IMG/VR virus record: IMGVR_UViG_3300027782_000041
From: an uncultured virus (IMG/VR IMGVR_UViG_3300027782_000041)
Lineage: Duplodnaviria > Heunggongvirae > Uroviricota > Caudoviricetes
Strand: one strand, 5' to 3'
Length of the DNA stretch: 64,000 nt
The notes under the pieces were generated by a model. It searched no databases and was not told the DNA's origin. It saw nothing but the letters and a program-made list of their open reading frames with translations. The position numbers and the translations under genes are program-made. Positions 36,838 through 45,512 of this stretch are shown in pieces; within the stretch, counting starts at the first letter, position 1; every line of letters starts with the position of its first letter.

Positions 36838-37582
36838 CTAGTATTATTCCTGCTAATCTTTCATGCCCCATGGGCCCAGCATGCATGCGATCTCTTGCAT
36901 AACCAACATCTTCTCTAGACCAGGCCATATGATCATTTGCATCATATATCTGGCACGGTATATTTAAGTCATTGCACAAGGCACCTATTGCCAGTTTATT
37001 TTTCTTGTGGTTCAATCGTGAATTTTCATCGTTGTTGTACCAGTGTTTTAAAAATCCATCATAATCACCATGGTTGTGTGCTATCTCATTGGCGGGCATG
37101 AATACTTCTGCTGGTTGTACTTTGGAATCCAGCAGTAGTTCAAAACGTGTGGCAGGCGGAGCTAACATAAACACCGCTTTGGGTTTTAATTTTGGTATCC
37201 AGTATTCTGCCATTCTAAAACATGTATCGGCACTGTTGCCTCCCCAGGCCAAGTTATAAACTTTTTTTCCTAGAGCTTGTCCTATCAAGGCGGGCCAGAC
37301 TGACTGTATGGGCAACCCAATACCAATGGTAAAACTACAGCCCAGAGCCACAATACAATCTTGGCCGGGTTCAAACTCATCGCTTCTGAATCCATGACTA
37401 TTGATATGGTATGTGATTGCGCCTGGCTCAAGCCAGCCATGTGATAGAAAATACTCACGGTACTCATCCACTGCACATAACTTTTCAAAATTTTCTTTTG
37501 AATCTGTAGGCAAAAAATCAACCTGTCGGCCGGCCATGTGTACACCAAAGTGCCATGGTGGGTTTTCATATGCTGTTAACAT
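36812..37582 (-). CDS. SGNH/GDSL-like protein
   Basis: INSHGFR, LGCSFT.G, NLAWGGNS, RDRMHAG; start uncertain. Confidence 0.65.
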   Translation of the reverse strand: MLTAYENPPWHFGVHMAGRQVDFLPTDSKENFEKLCAVDEYREYFLSHGWLEPGAITYHINSHGFRSDEFEPGQDCIVALGCSFTIGIGLPIQSVWPALIGQALGKKVYNLAWGGNSADTCFRMAEYWIPKLKPKAVFMLAPPATRFELLLDSKVQPAEVFMPANEIAHNHGDYDGFLKHWYNNDENSRLNHKKNKLAIGALCNDLNIPCQIYDANDHMAWSREDVGYARDRMHAGPMGHERLAGIILDDWRKKHA

Positions 37583-38778
37583 TGTATCATCCTTGCAAGT
37601 TCCGGCCATAGGTCCTGGAACTTTTGTGTTTTGTTTAATTTCTTTTCCGTATCCAAAGTCCATGCAAAAACATTGTGTGGAGAAGAGCGTGATGTTTCTC
37701 CCCACAATGGAGAGAAGCGTTTGTTATCAACAATGTAACTGGGGTTTTCCAAAGTTAATTTATATCCCTCTAAGGCAGCTATACCAAGTTCAGGGTGTGC
37801 GTTATACTTGGCAACCACACCGTCAATCGCTTCTACGGCACGTTGTCTTACTGATGCTGAATGTCTTCTGACGTCAAGTTCTTCAGGAAAATTAAGTTCG
37901 CACCAGTAAATATCTAAATTTTCTGCCACGCAAAAATCATAGTATTCCATGAGATCCCAGGCACAGTATATTGAATAGGCAGGGTGGGCCTGCACACGCT
38001 GGCCATCTGCTTTCATCTGACGTATATTTTGAACAAACAGTTCCCACTTGGCGTTGTGTCTAACATATTCAAATTTTTCTTTGTTGGCATTATCAAAACT
38101 AATCATCCAGGACACATGTGGCCAGGCCTTGAGCTTTTGATAGATTGGGTTGGTTGTTATGTCCATGCTGAGATTGGTAGTGACCATGACATTGACTTTG
38201 TTAGGATCAAGATAATCCAAGAACTCGCCAAGACCTTTTTGCAACAGCGGTTCGCCGCCACCAAGACTCAGACCTTGTATGTTATGTCCTTGAGTTTTTG
38301 CTAGTTTGATCAAGTCTTGATGTTCATTCTTAACATGATTAATGGGAATTTTATTAATGCTTTGCCATGCTGTGCTGGTTTCATCATTGCAATACACACA
38401 GGCTAGGTTACACAAATTGCTCCAGTTGACCACAAGATGTTCTAGTTTGAAAAAATCCAAACTGTTATCAATTGCTGCCAGGGTATCTGCTTCAGCACGG
38501 CGCACAGTTCTTCCGCTGACACCGGTAGTATCTTCAAGTCGCTTGCACCAGTTACAGCCTTCGTACCATTCGCCTTGCGCCATGGCTGACTTCATCTTGG
38601 TCCACTCTGCACCAGATATCACTTGTTGAATTGAGACTTCCTTGATATTGCCAATTGTTTTTGTACCATGAAAACACGGAAGAACACGACCTGCTTGATC
38701 AATATTCAAACTGGTCCATGGTGCTGAACAAAATGTAGGACTGGCGGTTATCTGCACAGGAATTCCAGTTCGGGCCAT
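37576..38778 (-). CDS. Radical SAM protein with N-terminal SPASM/twitch-like module
   Basis: FCSAPW..G.V.PC..CNWC, CNLACVYC, GGGEP, TTN, SFD. Confidence 0.88.
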   Translation of the reverse strand: MARTGIPVQITASPTFCSAPWTSLNIDQAGRVLPCFHGTKTIGNIKEVSIQQVISGAEWTKMKSAMAQGEWYEGCNWCKRLEDTTGVSGRTVRRAEADTLAAIDNSLDFFKLEHLVVNWSNLCNLACVYCNDETSTAWQSINKIPINHVKNEHQDLIKLAKTQGHNIQGLSLGGGEPLLQKGLGEFLDYLDPNKVNVMVTTNLSMDITTNPIYQKLKAWPHVSWMISFDNANKEKFEYVRHNAKWELFVQNIRQMKADGQRVQAHPAYSIYCAWDLMEYYDFCVAENLDIYWCELNFPEELDVRRHSASVRQRAVEAIDGVVAKYNAHPELGIAALEGYKLTLENPSYIVDNKRFSPLWGETSRSSPHNVFAWTLDTEKKLNKTQKFQDLWPELARMIQC

Positions 38779-39896
38779 AGTCGCACAAACTCTCCTGCCT
38801 TGTCCGGGTGGTACCGGTGTTCAATATCATAAATGTGTTTCCAGAACGCAATGTCAATGTCAGACACTTTGACAATGTCCCGGCGGTCTGCATAAGTTTT
38901 CAGTGCTTGATCAAAGAACACACGTTCAGATTCTGTCACAAGATTGTTGGCATACAAGTATTCAATTTCTGATGATGCAAGTTCAGCAACGCCAGCACCG
39001 TGAGTAAATGGATCCAGATGCTTGGGCTGAAACAAGTTCTGCCACAAGATGGTTGTGTCTGTGTCTCGAGCAAACTCTTTTAGTTCACGTAGGCGTGTGG
39101 CATTGTAGATGTTGTACACAGCATGTATGCCGCCCCAGTGACCATTGTTTTTCATCAAGTCTTTGACCACGGCTAGATTATTTTCTAGTGTTGCCCAAGA
39201 TCCACCGTAGCGAACGTATTCAAAACGTTCACCCACGTTGTCAAAGCTCATTGACCAGCCAACTCGTTTACGCTGTGCCAGCTTCCGGAAGATTTTGTTT
39301 TTTTCTAAGTCAACATTCATGTTGGTGATCAAGGTAACAATAGCTGTGTCTGGTATGACATCTAACAGTCGTTCGTTCTCTGGCAACAACAAGGGTTCAC
39401 CGCCTACTAGGGCCACTTCATGTATGTGCGCATGATGTTGTTCAATGAAGTCACACACCTGTTCGTAGTAAGGGCGAGAGCCTGACTTGAAAGGTACTTG
39501 CTTGAGTGCGGCCCATTTTGAACTGGCACTGGGATCACAATAATTGCAACTTAGGTTACAGGTGGTGTTCCAGCGTACATCCACAATCACAGGATAGTGA
39601 TATTGATCTCCGGCTGTGGCGTAATCAAAGTTGGGATTTACATTGTTGTGCCATTGGCGTTCTGAGTCTGCACCAAAGCGTTCTGCTTGCACACAGTTTG
39701 AGCAGTATTCATGTGCTTGACCCTGTGCCAGGCTGGCTCGCACTTTGGTCATGACTGAGTTGTTGAGAATTTCGGTTATTGAATTTGAATTGAGGTTGCC
39801 CAGCATGTTGGGGTTGCCAGCACAGCATGTTTTAACATCGCCTCGGGGATTGATGTGTAGTCCACGCCAGGGCGCTGCACAGTAGAAATTGCTCAT
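38748..39896 (-). CDS. Radical SAM protein with N-terminal SPASM/twitch-like module
   Basis: YCAAPW..GDVKTCC..CSNC, CNLSCNYC, VGGEP, ITN, SFD. Confidence 0.88.
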   Translation of the reverse strand: MSNFYCAAPWRGLHINPRGDVKTCCAGNPNMLGNLNSNSITEILNNSVMTKVRASLAQGQAHEYCSNCVQAERFGADSERQWHNNVNPNFDYATAGDQYHYPVIVDVRWNTTCNLSCNYCDPSASSKWAALKQVPFKSGSRPYYEQVCDFIEQHHAHIHEVALVGGEPLLLPENERLLDVIPDTAIVTLITNMNVDLEKNKIFRKLAQRKRVGWSMSFDNVGERFEYVRYGGSWATLENNLAVVKDLMKNNGHWGGIHAVYNIYNATRLRELKEFARDTDTTILWQNLFQPKHLDPFTHGAGVAELASSEIEYLYANNLVTESERVFFDQALKTYADRRDIVKVSDIDIAFWKHIYDIEHRYHPDKAGEFVRLWPELEFLCR

Positions 39897-39932
39897 GCAG
39901 TATTTACATGCTCAATTTTGCGATGGTATCTT

Positions 39933-40010
39933 TTATACCGGACTATAGGGATTACGATGTCTATCGTATCCGTCGTCTTCAGGTAGTACAGGATATGGGT
40001 TATTCTGCAT
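39933..40010 (-). CDS. Candidate 25-aa peptide MQNNPYPVLPEDDGYDRHRNPYSPV
   Basis: Hand-translated; ATG overlaps the end of the nuclease gene by 11 nt and the ORF fills the intergenic gap; no strong SD. Confidence 0.5.
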   Translation of the reverse strand: MQNNPYPVLPEDDGYDRHRNPYSPV

Positions 40011-40818
40011 TGCGACCACACTTGTTTCTTTTGGCATTGGTTAGCGCACCAAAGTCTACTGGCCATTCTTGACCAGGTTGTACTTCCACAACACCTGCAG
40101 GAAACTTATAGTCTACGCCGGCTACTTTTTCTATTTCTGCAATGGGCTTGCGGAACACAGTCAAGTTGTTGCCTAAATTAACATATGGTTTGGTATGCGG
40201 AAATACCCAACCTGCAGCCTGCTTGGTTGCGTTGTTGATCACAATCTTGTAGAAACCATGTGGTACAATAACTCCGTTGCCGATGAACTCATCGCCCTGT
40301 CCATACAATGCACCTACATAAATTGTGTAGGGTTGATTGGTTTGAACTGCCCACCCACGTACTGCTGTTTCTAACAGTTTCCAGATACCGCGATTGAGTG
40401 ATCCATGTTGTGGATACATGTTGGTCATTAGAAATGACTCGTATTCTACTTGTGCTGACCATGACAAGTCACCATCAGGAGCGGCATGTCCTTTGTCATA
40501 TCCTGTACCAGCATAATCATCTGGTCTAGCGCCTGTACCGTTTAAACTAGCATCAGCAACAAAGGCATTTGTTCTAGGAAAGCATCCTAGTGCGTTTTGT
40601 GGTAGCAATGTGTATGCTACATAAGCAGGAATCTTAACAGGAGCATCATATGCCACTAGATATGCTTCGCGACATATGGCCTGCACCGGACGCTTGACTG
40701 CGGCAAATCCATACGGTGAGTGTACTGCACAGGCTTGTACAGGGTTAGGTGCTCGTTGGTCCCAGGCGTGTGCTAAGTTAACGGCTGTGAGCAACAGCAC
40801 AAAGATGATTTTTTTCAT
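40000..40818 (-). CDS. DNA/RNA non-specific endonuclease (NucA/Serratia-type) with signal peptide
   Basis: MKKIIFVLLLTAVNLAHA leader; YDKGHAAP, NMYPQ...LNRGIW..LE, VP..FYK. Confidence 0.9.
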   Translation of the reverse strand: MKKIIFVLLLTAVNLAHAWDQRAPNPVQACAVHSPYGFAAVKRPVQAICREAYLVAYDAPVKIPAYVAYTLLPQNALGCFPRTNAFVADASLNGTGARPDDYAGTGYDKGHAAPDGDLSWSAQVEYESFLMTNMYPQHGSLNRGIWKLLETAVRGWAVQTNQPYTIYVGALYGQGDEFIGNGVIVPHGFYKIVINNATKQAAGWVFPHTKPYVNLGNNLTVFRKPIAEIEKVAGVDYKFPAGVVEVQPGQEWPVDFGALTNAKRNKCGRNAE

Positions 40819-40835
40819 CCAGTATTTATTAAATG

Positions 40836-42008
40836 TCAAACTGCTGTAAACGTTGTGTCTAAAGGAATTAATGTAATTGCTGTTGATATCTTATCGCAGG
40901 TACCATACTGAAATACTGGCCCAGTATACAATACTGTGTTAGTAGCAGTACCGTTGATGGCACGATTAGTTGCCTGGGCGGCTGGTATGTTAAAGGTACA
41001 CACACCAAACTGCATACTTGCAGTACCACTCATTGTAACCCCATATGTATTTGCGGCTGTACTGGTATTATTAAAGATACAGGTACCCATGCCCCATTGT
41101 ACTGTTCCACTTAATGTAACAACAGCACCAGTATTAGCATCAATAGTACTATTCAACATAGTTCCAGTTGAATCGTTAGCTTGGTTCAATACTTGCCCAG
41201 CGCCATTTGTCTCAAGATTTTCAATTTTACAGTATCCACGCTGAATATCAATAAGATAAGTTGAACCAGCTTCTCTAGCCATAGTACAACCAAGCAGTTC
41301 TACTCTACTGGCAGTACCTGTGTTGTTTGCATATACGCAGGATTTACTACCGTTCCCTTGGTATACATAGGTATCTTCCATATAAACTTTACAAGGATTA
41401 GAACCAGTTAATTCAATACCATGATAAGCGCCAGAAGGAAGAATAGAGATGTTAAACAACCCAAACCTATTGACGTTTATAGCATTTGCGCCAGAGTCTG
41501 CAGGAGTAATAGTAACATGTCCGTTTATCCAAACAGGTACATGCCCAGCATCTGGGGTATCGCCGATAATGAAAATATTACCACGAGTCAGCACCACATT
41601 TTCTGTAGTTGAATTCCTTACAACAATAAACTGAGGGTTTTGCACAAGGCTACCTGAAATACTGATTACCAAACTGCCGTCAGCAATCCTTGCTTCAATA
41701 TAGGCCAGTGCGGCTGTGATTGAAAGGAATGGTGTTTCGGCAGCGCCAGTTGGTGTATAATAGTCGGTGCGGCCTGCGTCTACATAAAATGTTCCGCCTG
41801 ATATGCCGCCGTTGCTTGTGCCGCCACCTACTAGGTTGATATTGCCATTGGTATTACCTACGTACAAGTCAAATGTTAACATGTCCACAACCAACTCACC
41901 TGGACGAGCAACGCCATTGTAATTTTGTACAGTTGTCTGTGCGTTGTCCTTCATAACAGCACGGCTTATGCCCGTGATGTCTGAGTACGGTGGGGGTGGA
42001 TTGGCCAT
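40836..42008 (-). CDS. Virion structural protein with probable beta-helix
   Basis: T/N/G-rich, FYVD..R.D...G....PF.SI..A pattern, TAAATA at 42030-42035. Confidence 0.6.
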   Translation of the reverse strand: MANPPPPYSDITGISRAVMKDNAQTTVQNYNGVARPGELVVDMLTFDLYVGNTNGNINLVGGGTSNGGISGGTFYVDAGRTDYYTPTGAAETPFLSITAALAYIEARIADGSLVISISGSLVQNPQFIVVRNSTTENVVLTRGNIFIIGDTPDAGHVPVWINGHVTITPADSGANAINVNRFGLFNISILPSGAYHGIELTGSNPCKVYMEDTYVYQGNGSKSCVYANNTGTASRVELLGCTMAREAGSTYLIDIQRGYCKIENLETNGAGQVLNQANDSTGTMLNSTIDANTGAVVTLSGTVQWGMGTCIFNNTSTAANTYGVTMSGTASMQFGVCTFNIPAAQATNRAINGTATNTVLYTGPVFQYGTCDKISTAITLIPLDTTFTAV

Positions 42009-42044
42009 AATATTCCTACTTGTTAGGAGTATTTAGCTATTGTT

Positions 42045-42425
42045 TCAATACCCCTTGAAGGGCTTTACTGGGCTGGTATGATTTACTGATGCAGGTTCTA
42101 GGCTGTTGGGAGTGCTTATTTGTACTTTTTTAGCAGGCAAGCCGGCCATTTTTAATGCTTGATCAATCACTGGCTCTACTGAGGCGTTAAATCCAGCAAC
42201 CACTGCGTCTTCACCAAATGCGGCTTCTGCTGACCAGGCGGGTAACTTATCTGTAAGGCCGTCTGTTCCTGCATCACTTCTGGCACGAGCCATGGCCACA
42301 CCCAAGCGATATATTTGATAAGGGTCGCTGGACTGTACTCCAGGCAACACAAACACATGATTCATTGGATCTGCCAGTTCTGGAGGCAATTTTTCTTGTT
42401 CAGTGATAAACTCGCGAGCTCTCAT
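42045..42425 (-). CDS. Small putative head protein (paralog 1)
   Basis: MRAREFITE leader; S.E...VN.TSP...FKGY tail shared with the neighbour. Confidence 0.7.
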   Translation of the reverse strand: MRAREFITEQEKLPPELADPMNHVFVLPGVQSSDPYQIYRLGVAMARARSDAGTDGLTDKLPAWSAEAAFGEDAVVAGFNASVEPVIDQALKMAGLPAKKVQISTPNSLEPASVNHTSPVKPFKGY

Positions 42426-42793
42426 CAGTAGCCTTTGAACGCTTCGATAGGGCTTGTGGTGTTTACTGCTGGATGTTCTCCACTGTGCAAGTCGCCGTGA
42501 TTTAGGTCTTCATAATCTGCTCCGGCAGCTTTGTATGCTTGTATAAGCATTCGCTGTTCAACTTCAGTATACGGACTTGCTGTGCGTTTTTTTCCTGCCC
42601 AGCTTTTGCCATCCATGTCAATGGCTTTGCCAGATCCGTCGGCCATGGCCACTGCCATCATCACACGGTTGAGAGTATAGTCACTGTTGGCTTTTTCACT
42701 GTCGCTAAACACATTCAGGCCCACTGTGGCGCTTTGATTGCGAGTGCTCAATGTTCCCTGACGCATTTCAGTAACAAACTCTTTGGCTCGCAT
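42425..42793 (-). CDS. Small putative head protein (paralog 2)
   Basis: MRAKEFVTE leader; SGEHPAVNTTSPIEAFKGY tail. Confidence 0.7.
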   Translation of the reverse strand: MRAKEFVTEMRQGTLSTRNQSATVGLNVFSDSEKANSDYTLNRVMMAVAMADGSGKAIDMDGKSWAGKKRTASPYTEVEQRMLIQAYKAAGADYEDLNHGDLHSGEHPAVNTTSPIEAFKGY

Positions 42794-43128
42794 TAGGCAG
42801 CACCCACACCCTTAACACTGGATACCGCAGAAGTTGCTGTGCCAATTGCAGTGGCACTAAAAGCAGTACCAGTTACAATATTGAGATAGTTACCAGCACC
42901 AACATAGTATTGTTGAACTGAGTTGCCAGGAACAACAACAGCATTGGCATAAAGATTGCCAACGTCAGTGGTCATTGTGGCATTGGCCACAACGCCATTG
43001 GCTTGAACATAAGTCAATTGAACAGCACTAACCTGAAAAGTCACGTTGGCCACAGTCGTAGCAATTTCTACTTTGTCAGTTGTCCATGCTGTATTACTTA
43101 CAGAGTTTACAACTTGAATTGCAGCCAT
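42793..43128 (-). CDS. Small beta-rich virion protein
   Basis: A/V/T/N-rich, coupled within the operon. Confidence 0.7.
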   Translation of the reverse strand: MAAIQVVNSVSNTAWTTDKVEIATTVANVTFQVSAVQLTYVQANGVVANATMTTDVGNLYANAVVVPGNSVQQYYVGAGNYLNIVTGTAFSATAIGTATSAVSSVKGVGAA

Positions 43129-43298
43129 TATTTCTTATCCTCGGGTGGGATAGCAACCACTGGCTGAAACAACTCGCGTGTTTGATATAACACGCCTGGA
43201 ATTTCAACTGGCTGTTGCTTGTAACCCTGTGTTGCAGGGCTATGAGGATTGATCACTGGTGGTGTTGTCAACACTGATTCATTTAGTTTTTTGGTCAT
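43128..43298 (-). CDS. Small Pro-rich protein (MTKKLNESV...)
   Basis: GGAG SD, starts 1 nt after the upstream stop. Confidence 0.55.
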   Translation of the reverse strand: MTKKLNESVLTTPPVINPHSPATQGYKQQPVEIPGVLYQTRELFQPVVAIPPEDKK

Positions 43299-43299
43299 A

Positions 43300-45507
43300 T
43301 TAAACTCCGTATTGGCCTTTGTATGCTTTCCAAAGATTTGCAGTAGATGCAAGGATACCTTCATCTACTTTTTTATCTTCTTTGTCTTGTAGAGCTTTTT
43401 CAATGGTTTCTTTTTCGTCGCCATCGTTGTCAACATCAGGAAAGTCAGGCTTCTTGGCTTCTCGGATACCAGCAATGTCACGGATACGTTGCAAATCTGC
43501 TTCGTATGTGATCTGACGTTCTTCTTGATCAGCAAGTACCGGAATTGTTGATTGTCCAGTTGACTTTGGTTTGTTCAACCCGCCCGAATATTCAAGATTG
43601 TCTTGTGCAGTTTCTTGATTTGTTGGCCAATCAGGTTGATTGTCGCTTACTGATACAGCGGCTTCGTCAACTTCGTCACAGCTACAGTCGCTAGAACCAC
43701 ATGCAGGGCACTCTTCAGCGCCTTCAACATGGTCGTGTTGTGCTTTACGTAATTCTGCCGCTAGGTCTTCTGCGCCTTCTGCATCCATAGTACCATTGAT
43801 TTCAATAGCACCTGGATGGTCTAAGTCAGCGCCGCCTTCAACGTTTGGGTAGTCACCGCCACCTAAACCGGCCATCTTCAACAGTTGACCCAATTTCAAT
43901 GCGTCATCATCTGTGGCAGTAACAGTCAAACTCTTGCTTGGGCCACCGTTAGCATCTGTGTTCATGCTCATGTTTACATTCATGCCTTCACTGATCATGC
44001 CTTCTAGTTCACGATTTAGTGAATCATAAATGCCTTTGCCGTAGCTAAACCCACTGCTTGCAGTTGGAGTGCCTGTACCGCCTTGTTCTTCAGTCTTCTC
44101 TTTTTTCTTTTTAGGAGTATCGTCTTTTTTAGCTTCTGGCTTTTTCTTTTCAGGTAAGCCTTTGTGCTTGGTACTTGCAAAATCTTCTGCATCACTCTTC
44201 TTCATTGTCTTGGCAACTTTGCCAACTTCTTTTGATGCTGGCTTTTCGCCTTTTTGTGCGGAATGTACCATGCCCATAAAGCGTTGTTGTTTTTTGCTAG
44301 TTGCTTTTTCATCAAGCTCTTCTCCGCCGTCCATGGTGACAGTATAGCCGGCTTTCTTTAAAATAGCTTTGGCCTTGGCAATATTTGGATTCTCGTCGTG
44401 ACTGGCTTCTTTGTTCATTAACTTAGACCGGCCGCTTGGTCCTTTGGCACCAATAGCACCCTTGGTACCCTTTGGACGACCACGGCCGCGCTTTTCACCG
44501 TCTGCTGGACCATCATCATCAGCGCCAACTGAGTGACCAGTGTTGGGATCAACTCTACGAGTTACTCTGCGACCACCTGGAATTTCTTCAACATCATGCT
44601 TGGCACCGTGTGTCACAGTACCAACCTTGCGTTCACCGGCACGGCGTTGAACGTCCTTCATCATGTCATCCCAACCTTCGTCAGTTTCTTCTTTGCCGCC
44701 GCCTTTGCGCAACATAGCAAAGTCGTTGGCATCTAGTTTGCCATTCTTGTTCATGTCAATTTTCTTTTGCTTGGGACTGAGTGCGCTTTTGATTGCTTCA
44801 GCGGCCACGTCGCCCAACATCTCGTCAACTTCTTTCTTGGCGCCGGCAATCTTATCAGCAAAAGTAATTTTGTCTTTGGGTGGTGCCAATGCCGCAAATG
44901 ATTTTTGCTTGGCAGGATTCATTTTTTCTTTAACTTGCTTTGGATTAGGTTCGGCACCGGGCTTCAAGCCAGTTTGTGGAAGACCCATGTCTTTTTGCAA
45001 ACGCATCAAAAGTTCCACATCGTTGCCACCTGTGATAGCTTTGCCAATTTTCTTGCCAACTGTTTTGGCCATGCCGCCAACCTTGCGAGCCATGTCGCCC
45101 AGGCCTTCGTCCATGTCTTTTTGTTTTTGTTTTTTACGCAAGGCACTATTGAACTTATCATCTAGTCTACTGTATTTTTCAGATGCTTTTTGATCTCGGC
45201 GGTCATCAGCGTGAGCATATTTCATACCCGCTGCATCTCTTGCTCTCTTTAGCAGTTCAGGACTCAGTTCATTGAGTTGGCCTTCGTCTACTTCTTTGTT
45301 GTCATACTTGTCATACTTGGCACGAACTGGATCAAGTGCTTTGCCTTCACGTCCGGCCTTGGCCAAAGCTTCCATGCCTTGTTTGCCATACTTTTCATAG
45401 CCTTTGGCCGCACGGCTCATGTCACGTTCATTCAACTGACCGTGTGTGACGTCTGGCTTCTCGCGAATAGAGTCGAGCTTTTTGTTTAAATCGTAAAAAA
45501 ATGTCAT
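43300..45507 (-). CDS. Large charged, modular internal-head/core-like protein
   Basis: K/E/D-rich; repeated xxE sites; AT-hook KRGRGRPKG; DUF3008-like KATSKKQQRFMG...FASTKHKGLPE; DxNxNG and DxDNDG loops. Confidence 0.65.
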   Translation of the reverse strand: MTFFYDLNKKLDSIREKPDVTHGQLNERDMSRAAKGYEKYGKQGMEALAKAGREGKALDPVRAKYDKYDNKEVDEGQLNELSPELLKRARDAAGMKYAHADDRRDQKASEKYSRLDDKFNSALRKKQKQKDMDEGLGDMARKVGGMAKTVGKKIGKAITGGNDVELLMRLQKDMGLPQTGLKPGAEPNPKQVKEKMNPAKQKSFAALAPPKDKITFADKIAGAKKEVDEMLGDVAAEAIKSALSPKQKKIDMNKNGKLDANDFAMLRKGGGKEETDEGWDDMMKDVQRRAGERKVGTVTHGAKHDVEEIPGGRRVTRRVDPNTGHSVGADDDGPADGEKRGRGRPKGTKGAIGAKGPSGRSKLMNKEASHDENPNIAKAKAILKKAGYTVTMDGGEELDEKATSKKQQRFMGMVHSAQKGEKPASKEVGKVAKTMKKSDAEDFASTKHKGLPEKKKPEAKKDDTPKKKKEKTEEQGGTGTPTASSGFSYGKGIYDSLNRELEGMISEGMNVNMSMNTDANGGPSKSLTVTATDDDALKLGQLLKMAGLGGGDYPNVEGGADLDHPGAIEINGTMDAEGAEDLAAELRKAQHDHVEGAEECPACGSSDCSCDEVDEAAVSVSDNQPDWPTNQETAQDNLEYSGGLNKPKSTGQSTIPVLADQEERQITYEADLQRIRDIAGIREAKKPDFPDVDNDGDEKETIEKALQDKEDKKVDEGILASTANLWKAYKGQYGV

Positions 45508-45512
45508 TTGGA

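Noticed and set aside
44663..45193. 176-aa plus-strand ORF and similar antisense ORFs across the window (e.g. 33211-33693, 61794-62282)
   Set aside because: They overlap well-supported minus-strand genes or regulatory regions and show no recognisable motifs or expression signals
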